The notes under the pieces are model-generated. The model was given only the letters and a program-made list of their open reading frames with translations, searched no databases and had not been told where the DNA came from. DNA of 64,000 bases from Vicinamibacterales bacterium (GTDB taxonomy: Bacteria; Acidobacteriota; Vicinamibacteria; Vicinamibacterales; Vicinamibacteraceae): NCBI GenBank assembly GCA_963844435.1, contig CAWJOG010000001.1, positions 80,201 through 144,200 of the forward strand. The letters run 5' to 3'. Positions 1-10,097 of this stretch are shown here, in pieces. The translations under genes were made by a program, and so were the position numbers. Numbering within the stretch: position 1 is the first letter of the stretch; the number at the start of each line of letters is the position of its first letter.

Positions 1-14
1 GCGAGCCGGTCGCG

Positions 15-1214
15 CTACAGCGTGTTGAGGAAGCGCAGCAGCGCGGCGCGCTCGTCGTCGCCGAGCCGCCCGTAAGCCGGCGCGGGCGCGGGCGGCTTCC
101 CCGCCGTGGCGCAGGATCGCGTCGGCGATCGTCGCCGCCGAGCCATCGTGCAGCAGCGGACGGCGGTGCCGCAGGCCCCACAGCGCCGGCGTCCGGATCT
201 CGTCGTGCTCGGCGGACGCCTGCCTGATGCCGTCGCCGGTCGCCGACGTCGTGCAGCAGCAGATCGGAGAACAGCGCGACGGGCCGGCGATCGAACAGCG
301 GATGGCGGCTCTCGGCCGGTCGTCAGCGCCGGCACGTGACAGGCGGCGCAGCCGATCGCCGCGAAGACCTGCTCGCCCTCGCGCGTCACGTCGTCGCCGG
401 CGCCGCGCTCGAGCGGCGCCGAGGAAGCGCATGAAGCTGGCGAAGTTGTCGATGCCGCGCCGGCGCGTCACGGGATCGGGGATGTCTTCGGGGTCGGGAA
501 TCGGATCGCAGACGCGCATCCGCGCCGGCGTCGATGCCGATGGCGAGCTCGTCGCGGAAGAGGTCGTTCGTGATCCCCATCTCGTTGCGATAGGCGTCGG
601 CGCTGAAGGCGAGCAGCGTGGCGTGCTGCGCCTTCCAGCCGAAGCGGCCGACGCGGCGATCGCCCGTGCCGCGCTCCGTGACGATGGCGGCGCGTCCGCT
701 GACGCCGTCGCCGTTGCGATCGTCGGGATCGGCCAGCGCCAGGATCGTCGTCGTCGGCGATCGCCTCGACCAGGCCGGCGCCGAACACCGGAATCGGGAT
801 CCGGCGGATGATGATGTTGGCATCGGCCGGGATCACCGGCTGGCAGCCGTGGCCGGGCAGCGAGAACAGGTGGACCAGCGTTTCGCCGGAGGCGTCGAGG
901 CCCTCGAAGCGGCCGTCCGCGGTGAGCCGGCCGGCGCGCGTTTCGGCGATCGGGCTCGATGCCGCCGACGGCCGGCACGTTGTGGCACGCGGCGCAGCTC
1001 GTGCCGTTGAAGGCCGGGCCGAGCCCTTCCTCGGCGGTCTCGACCTCGAGGAAGTCGTCGAGACCGAGGCGGAACTCCTCGAACTCGGCGGCGTGATGCC
1101 GGGCAGGGGATCGCCGGGCTGCGGCGCACGCGTCTGCGCGACGAGGACGCCGGTCGCCGCGAAGACCAGCGCACGAGCAGCGACGGACGAGCGCGCGCGG
1201 CAGTCCGGCGTCAT
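15..1214 (-). CDS. DUF1111-family di-heme cytochrome c (peroxidase-like / 'thiol oxidoreductase'), secreted; split by at least 2 frameshifts
   Basis: ORF fragments 15-389, 386-823 and 468-1295 (all minus strand) read as one protein. It has a signal peptide (MTPDCRARSSVAARALVFAATGVLVAQ), two CxxCH heme motifs (SCAACHNVPAVGG and GCAACHVPALTT), GRFGWKAQ, LLHDVG and a C-terminal ...LRFLNTL, all typical of DUF1111. Confidence 0.6.
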
Positions 1215-1618
1215 TTCGTCTCGCTCTCTGCGCTCGATCGACGACGATCGCGCCGCGCATGAAGCCGTGCCCGGCGCCGCAGACGCTGCGAGCACTCGAA
1301 CGTGTAGCGGCCGGCCTTGGCGGCGTGAAGGTGACGGTCACGGTGCCGCGCCCGCGCTTCGGGATGCTGGACGTTGACGCCCTTGCCCTTGATGCGGAAG
1401 CCGTGCGTCGTGTCGTCGCTGCTTGAGCACGACCGTCAGCGTCGTGCCGACGGCGACCTTGATCTCCGAGGGCTTGAAGCGCGAACCGCTCGGCGGTCAC
1501 TTCGACGGTCTGCCTCGGCTGCCGGGGCCTGCGACTGCGCCGCGCAGCGCGACACCGCCGCGCAGGGCGGCCGCGACGGCGCGAGCCACGGCGTCATCCG
1601 ACGTGTACGTCCGCGACA

Positions 1619-2793
1619 TCAGAACCACCATCCCAGCCCGACGTTGAGGGCGTTCGGGGCCGCGCACGACGCCGCTCTGGTTGCGGACCATCGACGTAGT
1701 CGACCTTGACCGCGATGTCGGGTTCCGGCCAGTAGTTCGCGCCGATCACCCACGCGTCGCGATCGAAGGCCACGAGCGGCAGTGCGCCGGCCGGCATGCG
1801 GTACTGCGTGTCGAAGTTCTCGTAGCGCGCGAAGACGCCGACGTCGCCCCAGCGCTGCGCCTTCGATGACGCGATAGCTCGCCTTCGGCGTAGGCGCCGC
1901 GGAGCGCCGCTGGCGATGTTGGGATCGACGCCGGTGGTGCGGCGCGATGGCGTCGTTCAGCTGCGCCGGCGTTGTCGATGCGACACCTGGCGAACTGCGC
2001 CGCGCAGCTCGAGGCGATCGCGGCGTGTAGCGGGCGTCCGCCTCGATCAGGTGCACCGGCACGTCGAAGCGCGGCCGCAACTCGAAGCCGGACTTGCCGG
2101 TCCAGAAGCTGACGCCGGCGGTGAGGCCGCGGAGCGCCGACGTACTCGAGCGCGGCCGGTCGAGCGCGGCGCGGCCGATGTTGGTCTCGCTGCCCTTCTG
2201 GCGCCCTCGCGGATGCCCTTCGTCGGCGCTGAACTCGAGCGGCGTTGAGCGGCGACGTCACGAAGAGCGCGGTAGCGCCAGCCGTGGCCGACCTCGCCGT
2301 GGATGCCGGCGCCGACCTCGAACCAGGTGGTCGGCACGATCACGGTGTCGACGAACGGGCGCTCGACGCCGTAGAAGACCGGCGGCTCGTGGCGCTCGTT
2401 GAGGATGCCGATCGGCATCAGCAGCATGCCGGCGCGCACGTTGAAGCCGCGCGACGAGCAGGAAGTCGACGTAGGCCTGTTCGAGCTCCAGCTCGCCGCC
2501 CTCCTCGAGGCCCTCGACGAACGCGTGCTCGAGCTCGAGCTCGCCGACGAAGCGGATGCGTCGGCGAGAACTCGTGCGTCACGAGGAGCACGAAGCGGTG
2601 GAAGTCGAGCACGCCCGTCCGCGCTCTCGGGCTTGTTGTAGTGGAAATCCATGTAGCCCGACAGGCGCGTCTGCGGCTGATGGTCGTCGCCGTCTTTCGA
2701 GTCCTGGGCCCAGGCGGGCGCTCCGACGAGCGCGACGGCGAGGGCCGCCCCGACCGCGCTCGGCAACGCGAAGAACTGTTTTTGATAACTCAA
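1619..2793 (-). CDS. outer-membrane beta-barrel porin-like protein (family uncertain), with at least 4 frameshifts
   Basis: N-terminal signal peptide MSYQKQFFALPSAVGAALAVALVGAPAWAQ. Conserved blocks lie in different frames (LDFHRFVLLVTHEFS; FNVRAGMLLMPIGILNERHEPPVFYGVERPFVDTVIVPTTWFEVGAGIHGE; RFDVPVHLIEADARYTP; AFDRDAWVIGANYWPEPDIAVKVDYV). The C-terminus is LNVGLGWWF, i.e. a terminal aromatic as in OM barrels. Confidence 0.45.
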
Positions 2794-2819
2794 AACTCAA
2801 ACAGTGAACCACCGAAAGC

Positions 2820-2960
2820 TCAGGGGTGTCAACCTGCCCGGCCTACGCCCGGCCTTCATGCCCCGGCCTCTCTCCCGGCCTCCGCCCGACCTGAGCCTGG
2901 GCCTCCTCCCGGCCTCTCCCCGGCCACGGCCGGGCCTCGGCCCGGCCTGGCCTAGCCATA
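2820..2960. repeat. GC-rich short-motif repeat array, (C)CCGGCCT / AGGCCGGG repeated about 9-10 times at 10-16 nt spacing, in the porin-TBDR intergenic region
   Basis: Direct reading: cccggcctacgcccggccttcatgccccggcctctctcccggcctccgcccgac...cccggcctctccccggccacggccgggcctcggcccggcctggcc. Confidence 0.5.
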
Positions 2961-3170
2961 AGCAGTGGACAAGCCTCTTTGCTAAATCTGATGAGCTAGA
3001 GGACCACTACCGGTTCTTGGATCGGATCCAAGCGATTGCTCTGGCGCTGATGTCGCAAGCGGGCCGACGCGGCTATAGCCATGATTACCTTGTAGATTCT
3101 TTCGGATCCGCGACCCGAGTCACCATGCGCCAGCGCAACTCACAGTGGTGTCTCAAGTGTCGAAAGATCT

Positions 3171-3184
3171 TGACCAATTGGTCA
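3171..3184. promoter_or_regulatory. perfect 14-bp palindrome TGACCAATTGGTCA (candidate operator) about 110 nt upstream of the TonB receptor start, inside a low-GC island (2960-3300)
   Basis: The sequence tcttgaccaattggtcatacc is its own reverse complement over 14 bp. The surrounding ~330 bp is visibly AT-richer than the rest of the window. Confidence 0.4.
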
Positions 3185-3296
3185 TACCTCATCTACTCTG
3201 CGCCCGAACAGACAACCTCAGCGATCGGGTCGTTGCACCGGCGTGCGCTCCGCGCGCGGTGTGTCGATCGCGGAGAAGTGTGTGGGGAGGACTACT

Positions 3297-6200
3297 GTGT
3301 CAAAGACGCGTAACGCATTGAGGCTGCTGGCGAGCACCCTCGTCGTCCTGCTGGCGGCGCTGGTGGCGCCCGCGCAGGCGCAACAGTTCAACGGCACGCT
3401 GCGCGGAGTCGTTCAGGATTCCACCGGCGGCGTCCTGCCGGGTGCCGAGGTCTCGGTCATCGAGGTCAGCACGAACGATACGCGCAGCCTGACGTCCGAC
3501 GCACGGGGCAGCTGGGTGTTGCCGAACCTCAAGCCGGGCACCTACCGGATCGTCGTGTCGCTCGACGGCTTCAAGACGGCCGCGATGGACAACGTGAAGC
3601 TGGACGTCCAGGGCGTCCGCGACGTAGAAGTCTCGCTCGAGACCGGCGCCGTGGCCGAAACCGTGACCGTCAGCGGCCAGGCCGCCGCCGTGGAAGTCAC
3701 GAGCTCGACGATGAGCCAGACCATCGAGAACAAGCGGATGGTCGATCTGCCGCTGAACGGCCGCAACCCGTTCTCGCTGGCCACCCTCGCCCCCGGCGTC
3801 GCCCCGACGTCGACCGGCGGCGGCTCGTCGCCGTCGATCAGCGGCGGGCGCAACGCGACGTCCGAGGTCGCCATCGACGGCGTCTCCAACGTCAACGCCG
3901 AGAACAACGTCTCGATCCTCGACCTGAACTACACGCCGTCGGTCGACGCCGTGCAGGAGTTCAGCGTCCAGACCAACGCCGTCAGCGCCGAGTTCGGCCG
4001 CCTCGGCGGCGGCGTCATCAACCTGATCACGAAGAGCGGCAGCAACGCGCTGCGCGCCACCGCCTGGGAGTTCGCGCGCAACGCCAAGATGGACGCGACC
4101 AACTTCTTCACCAACCGCGGCGGCGGCAAGAAGGGCGACTTCAAGCGCAACCAGTTCGGCGGCAACGTCGGCGGCCCGATCAACAAGGACAAGACGTTCT
4201 TCTTCGCGAACTACGAAGGGCTCCGCCAGGAGAACGCCAACGTCCAGACCTTCACGGTGCCGCTGCCGGAGTGGCGCAACGGCGACTTCTCGAACTTCCG
4301 CAACGGCGTCGGGTCAGCTGATCACCATCTACGATCCGCTGACGACGCGCGCAGATCCGGCCAACCCGGGCCAGTTCATCCGCGATCCGTTCCCGGGCAA
4401 CGTCATCCCGCAGAGCCGCATCAGCCCGATGGCGCGCGCGATGATGTCCTACTGGCCGCTGCCGAACACGACGCCGACCAACCAGTTCACCCAGACCAGC
4501 AACTTCTCGGCCTCGGGCGTGTCGGTCAGCAACGGCGACCGCATCGACTCGCGCGTCGACCACGTCTTCAACGACCGCTGGCGCACGTTCGTCCGCTACT
4601 CGTACTCGGACGAGGAAGGCCTGCCCTTCAACAGCTTCGGCAACGCGGCGTCGTCGGCCGGCGGCGACGGTCCGACCTTCACCCGGACGCACAGCCTCTC
4701 GGTCGATCAGAACTACACGCTCGGGCCGACCTGGGTGCTGAACCTCCGCTACGGCCTCAACCGCCGCTTCGTCGATCGCCTGCCGCTGTCGGCCGGCTTC
4801 GACCTGGCCGACCTGAACTTCCCGACGCAACGTCATCGACACGGCCGACGCCTTCGAGTTCCCGCGCGTGAACGTGCAGAACTTCCAGTCGCTCGGCCAG
4901 AACACCTTCACCGACCTGGTGATTGCGCCGACGACGCACAGCTTCAACGCGAACGCGACCAAGGTGTGGGGCACGCACACGCTGAAGATGGGCGCCGACT
5001 ACCGGAAGTTCTTGCTGAACTTCACGCAGCTGTTCTTCCCGTCTGGCCAGATCAGCTTCAACAACGCGCAGTGGACACAGCGCAACCCGAACGTGACCAA
5101 CGGCACGCAGGGCGCGGCGCTGGCTTCGATGCTGCTCGGCATCCCGAGCGGCTTCAATCTGAGCCACAACCCGGACCCGGCGTCGGCCAGTTCCTATTTT
5201 GGCGGCTACCTGCAGGACGACTGGAAGGTCGCCCGCAACTTCACCATCAACCTCGGCCTGCGCTACGACTTCGACGTGCCGCGCACCGAGCGCTTCAACC
5301 GCCTCGCCTCCTTCGACACCGAAGCCACGTCCCCGCTCGCCGGCGTGGTCCCGGCCAACCCCTACTTCGATCCGTCGCAACTGAAGGGCGCGGTGGTGTT
5401 CACCGACGAGAACAACCGCCAGCAGGTCGACACCGACTACAACAACGTCAGCCCGCGTATCGGCTTCGCGTGGAACTTCGCGGAGAAGACGGTGGTGCGT
5501 GGCGGCTATGGCATCTTCTACATGCCGTCGCACGTGCAGGCGGCCGGCCACTCCGGCTCGTCGGGGATGATCGGCTACAACACGCAGAGCGACATGATCG
5601 TCAGCGTGGACAGCAACCGCACGCCGCTGCGCTACATCGACAACCCATTCCCGGACGGCTTCAACCTGCCGCCGGGCAACACGCTGGGCGCGTCGACGAA
5701 CCTCGGGCTGGGAATGGGCGGCGGCACCGGCGGCTACTTCACGACCAACCAGGTGCCGCACATGCAGCAGTGGAACCTGAACGTCCAGCGCGAGCTGCCG
5801 GGGAACATCATCACCGAGCTGGCCTACATCGGCAGCAAGGGGACCGACCTGCTGATCGGCGAGAGCGGACTCGCAGTTCGGCCAGGTCGATCCGTCGTAC
5901 CTGGGCCTCCAGAACGCGCTGCTCGATCAGGTGGACAACCCGTTCTTCGGGATCATCACCAACCCGTCGTCGCCGCTGCGGTTCCAGACCGTCTCGCGCA
6001 ACCGCCTGCTGCGGCCGTACCCGCAGTACGACGGCGTGTCGGCGTTCCGCGTGCCGGGCGCGAAGTCGATCTACCACGGCTTCACGGCGCGCGCCGACAA
6101 GCGCTTCGCGAAAGGCCTCAGCCTGCTCGCGTCCTACACGCTCGGCGAGCTGAAGGACGACGCCTCGACCACGGTCGGCTTCCTCGGCCAGGCGGGCACG

Positions 6201-6807
6201 CAGCAGAACGCCTACGATCGCGTCGGCGACTACTCGATCTCGTCGAACGACGTGAAGTACCGCTTCGTCAGCGCCTTCGTCTACGACCTGCCGTTCGGCC
6301 AGGGCCAGCACTGGGGCGGCAACAGCCGGCGGCGTGGTCGGGGCGCTGATCAGCGGCTGGCAGATCAACGGCATCCTGACCTTCCAGAGCGGCTACCCGC
6401 TGATCTTCTCGCAGGGCGCGAACAACGTGAACCTGTTCAACCCGACGCAGCGCCCGAACTGGACCGGGGCCGACGCCACCCTGAACGATCAGTCGCGCGG
6501 CGACGCCATCCTGCGCTGGTTCGACACCAGCCAGTTCAGCGTGGCGCCGGCGTTCCAGTTCGGCAACACGCCGCGCGTCACGGAGTTCCGCTCGGACGGC
6601 GTGAAGAACCTCGATTTCTCATTGATCAAGAACAACCGCTTCAACGACGGCAAGTGGAACGCGCAGATCCGCATCGAAGCGTTCAACGTGCTGAACCGGA
6701 CGCAATTCAACGCGCCGAACACGCAGGTCGGAAGCGCGGCTTTCGGTACGGTCAGCGGCGCCGGCGGCGCGCGCCAGGTCCAGATCGGCCTGAAAATGAT
6801 GTTTTGA
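3297..6807 (+). CDS. TonB-dependent outer-membrane receptor with carboxypeptidase-regulatory-like N-terminal domain (~1170 aa); at least 4 frameshifts
   Basis: GTG start at 3297 is preceded by GGGGAGGA. Signal peptide LLASTLVVLLAALVAPAQAQ. CarboxypepD_reg-like block (GAEVSVIEVSTNDTRSLTSDARGSWVLPNLKPGTYRIVVSLDGF). Plug region (DLPLNGRNPFSLATLAPGV). The barrel continues across ORFs 4429-6153, 4868-6349, 5931-6851 and 6334-6807 and ends ...QIGLKMMF (terminal Phe). Confidence 0.8.
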
Positions 6808-6814
6808 TCGGTGG

Positions 6815-6876
6815 CGGCCGGCCCTCAGGGCCGGCCGCGGCAGCCCTGTAGCGTGCGGCTGCTGTTCGCCGCACGC
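6815..6876. terminator. two GC-rich hairpins between the convergent TonB-receptor and RibD_C genes: cggccggccc-tca-gggccggccg (6815-6837) and gcgtgcggc-N8-gccgcacgc (6851-6876)
   Basis: Inverted repeats read directly from the sequence, immediately after the TGA at 6805-6807. Confidence 0.5.
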
Positions 6877-6898
6877 GGGCTGCAAACAAGCCCAATGG

Positions 6899-7447
<549 letters not shown>

Positions 7448-7547
7448 GGCGCAACAGTACCGCCGGTGAGGTGGACGAGCAAGGCGCCTCGTCGGATCGG
7501 CGCAGGCCCACCGGCCCGGCTTGGCGGTCGAGCCCGCTCGCGTCGAA

Positions 7548-7883
7548 CTAGTCGGGGATCGTCAGGTCGATGCGACCGTCGGCCACCGCCAGCGTGACAC
7601 CCGCGCTGGCGGCCGCCTCCTGGAGCGCGGCGTCGAGGATTGCCACCGGGTCGGGACCGTGCGCCAGGCGGCGCAGCAGGCCTTCCCCGCTCTTCCCCTT
7701 CACGGTCAGCACGATCTTGAGGCCGCGCCGCTTGCACTTCACGGCGATGCCGTCCTCGCGCTTCACGTTCATCGGCTTGATGTAGGCATCGACGTAGTGG
7801 ACGCCGACGCCCGACTTGTCTTCGGTCTTTGCCGGCAGCTTGTCGATCGCGCCGGCGTTCACGGGACACAGGGTAAAGGTCAT
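7548..7883 (-). CDS. small hypothetical protein (111 aa), last gene of the corrinoid methyltransferase operon
   Basis: Intact ORF starting 12 nt downstream of the HMT stop on the same strand. No recognisable family. MTFTLCPVNAGAIDKLPAKTEDKSGVGVHYVDAYIKPMNVKREDGIAVKCK... Confidence 0.5.
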   Translation of the reverse strand: MTFTLCPVNAGAIDKLPAKTEDKSGVGVHYVDAYIKPMNVKREDGIAVKCKRRGLKIVLTVKGKSGEGLLRRLAHGPDPVAILDAALQEAAASAGVTLAVADGRIDLTIPD

Positions 7884-7895
7884 ATTCGGCGGGAC

Positions 7896-8822
7896 TCAGG
7901 CGCGGGTGCCGGCGGCGACGGTGGCGAGATGGGCGTCGAGCAGCCGCCGGAACTCACGGATGTGATCGGGGGTGCTGCCGCAGCAGGCGCCGACGATGTT
8001 GGCGCCGGCCTCGACCAGCGGCACCACGCCGCAGCCCATGTGGTCGGGGGTCTCGTCGTAGATCACCTTCATGTTCACCAGCTTGGGCACGCCGGCGTTC
8101 GGCTGCACCATGATCGGCAGGCTGGTGACGGCGCGATAGCGCAGCACCGCGTCGCGGGCCCGCTCCATCTCCATGCCCGTCCCGCAGTTGAGGGCGACGA
8201 CGTGGGCGCCGTGCTCCTCCATGAACGCGGCGGCGCGCTCCGGATCGATGCCCATCATGGTGCGGAAGGTCGAGCCGTCGAGCGTCACGTCGTAGGCCAT
8301 CGAGCCGATGATGCACGGCGCGCCGGCGGCCTTGGCCGCCTCGATCGCGAGCTGCAGCTCCTCGAGCGAGGTCATCGTCTCGATGATGATGGCGTCGGCG
8401 CCGCCGTCGACGAGGGCCTGGGCCTGCTCGTTGAAGGCGTCGCGCACCTGCGCCTCGGTGAAATCGCCGTAGGGCTCCATCAGGCCGCCGAACGGGCCGA
8501 CGTCGCCGAGCACGTAGCCGGGCTTGCCGCCGAACGCCTCGCGCGCGATCGCGACCGCGGCCTTGTTCACCTCGGCGACGTCGCCGGCGTGGCCGTGGCG
8601 GTTCAGCATGATCCGCGACCCGCCGAAGGTGTTGGTGATGATGCAGTCCGAGCCCGCCTCGGCGTAGCGGCGCTGAATGCCCAGCACCTTGTCCGGGTGC
8701 GTCAGGTTCCAGGCCTCGCCGCAGCCGCCCTGTTCGAGGCCGGCCAGCATGAGCTGCGTTCCCATGGCGCCGTCGCCGATCAGCGGGCGGGTCCTGACGA
8801 TGTCGAGTAGCGGGGTCTTCAT
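7896..8822 (-). CDS. stand-alone homocysteine S-methyltransferase domain protein (Pfam S-methyl_trans / MetH N-terminal module-like), no pterin-binding domain
   Basis: MKTPLLDIVRTRPLIGDGAMGTQL...GSDCIITNTFGGSR...VLGDVGPFG...ALNCGTG...GACCGSTPDHI are hallmark motifs of the Zn/homocysteine-binding HMT fold (BHMT/MmuM/MetH N-term). Its ATG overlaps the stop of the upstream gene (ATGA at 8819-8822). Confidence 0.8.
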   Translation of the reverse strand: MKTPLLDIVRTRPLIGDGAMGTQLMLAGLEQGGCGEAWNLTHPDKVLGIQRRYAEAGSDCIITNTFGGSRIMLNRHGHAGDVAEVNKAAVAIAREAFGGKPGYVLGDVGPFGGLMEPYGDFTEAQVRDAFNEQAQALVDGGADAIIIETMTSLEELQLAIEAAKAAGAPCIIGSMAYDVTLDGSTFRTMMGIDPERAAAFMEEHGAHVVALNCGTGMEMERARDAVLRYRAVTSLPIMVQPNAGVPKLVNMKVIYDETPDHMGCGVVPLVEAGANIVGACCGSTPDHIREFRRLLDAHLATVAAGTRA

Positions 8823-10097
8823 GCCTCTCCGGTCGTGCGCTCGGCGAGCGCGTAGTGAATCGTCTCGAGCACCAGGCCCCACTTGTGAACCCGGCTCGCG
8901 TCGTCGCAATAGCAGCCGGCCGACGACACCGGCCGTGTCCAGCCGATGACCGCACGCAGCGGCTCGCCGGCGAGCGGCGTGTCCCGGCCGACGGCGGCAA
9001 TCAGGTCGTCGCCGACGCTGATGTAGCCGCACATGTGGGTGTGCCCGGTGTCGTCGGCCGCGGGCCGGCAGCGCTGGGCGCGGATGGGGTAGCCGTCGCC
9101 GCGCGGGCCGAGCTGCACGTGATAGTCGAAGCGCAGCGGGCGGCCCATGTTCGTGCAGGTCGTACCTTCGTAGCGGAACAGCGCGTCGATCGATCCGTCG
9201 TCGCGACGCGTCAGCGTCAGGCGTTCGGCCGCCCAGCGGCGCAGCGCCTTCGCGTTGACGGTGTAGGCGGCCGACGGGTCCAGGACCGGCGGCGGGATCG
9301 CGTCGTCGATGGCCGCGTCGACGGCTGTGTCGTCGGGGGTCGGCTCGTCGAACGCGCGCGCCGTCGATCGCAGCGCACCGCGGCGATACGGCGCCCGCCG
9401 GGTACTGGCACGGGGCGAACGAGCAGCGCTCGCACGGCACCAGGTCGCGCAAGTGCGTCAGCCGCTCGACGTGGCGGGTCAGGCCGAACACCGCGATCAG
9501 CGATTTCTTCGGCCGCAGGGCGCCCGAGTCGAGCACCTCGAGCGGGCCCGGCAGCGGCGCCGCGGATGCCGTGAGCAGCGCGTGCAGCGGGGCCTGCTCG
9601 GCGATGTCCCACTCCGGATATCCCGGGCTGTCGTGCGGCAGCACCGCCAGGCCCTGCGCCTCGGCCCAGCCGCACAGGCGGGCGCCGGCTTGCGTCACCA
9701 GGTGCTCGACGACGGCGGATCCGTAGACCTCGAGGAAGAAGTACTCGTCGGGCTTCTCGTCCTGCCACCGCCGCGCCGCTTCCGCTTCCAGCTCGGGCCC
9801 GGCCCCCACCGCGACCAGCACCGCGCGGTGCGCCCCGGCGTCGACCAGCGATTGCCGCAGGCGGGCGCTGGCGAAACGCCGCCCGTCGAGGCGCACGCTG
9901 TCGGCGTCGAGCCTCAGCGTCGATGCCTCGCGGGCGAAGATCCACGGCCGGCCGTGCTCGGCGTACCAGGCCTCGGCCTCGGCCGCCAGCGCCGCGGCCC
10001 GGCCTTCGAGGCGGTGCCCGCGCGGATAGCCGAGCAGGCGCGCGTACTCGGCCGGATCGACCTGGACCGCCGGCCGGACGTCCTCGAGCGCGATCAT
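8819..10097 (-). CDS. MetH activation-domain (Met_synt_B12, pfam02965-like) protein with a ~200-aa Cys-rich C-terminal extension; internal frameshift near 9150-9250
   Basis: MIALEDVRPAVQVDPAEYARLLGYPRG...DEYFFLEVYGSAVVEH...LPHDSPGYPEWDIAEQAPLHALL matches the SAM-binding reactivation domain of MetH and the Thermotoga-type stand-alone homologs (PGYxxWP/DQ motif). C-terminal Cys clusters are CERCSFAPCQYP and HTHMCGY...CYC. Start ATG 10097 overlaps the RACo stop (ATGA). Confidence 0.6.

Noticed and set aside
2960-3300. tRNA gene or cobalamin riboswitch in the low-GC island upstream of the TonB receptor
   Set aside because: I could not assemble a convincing cloverleaf (no proper T-loop TTCRA with matching stems) or a B12-box consensus by eye. 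It is left as a regulatory-region finding to be tested with tRNAscan-SE/Infernal.
2804-3313. 169-aa plus-strand ORF covering the repeat array and the low-GC island
   Set aside because: It overlaps the divergent promoter region and the GGGGAGGA ribosome-binding site of the receptor gene, and its first half is translated from the CCCGGCCT repeats. This is more likely non-coding, although a small foreign gene cannot be fully excluded.
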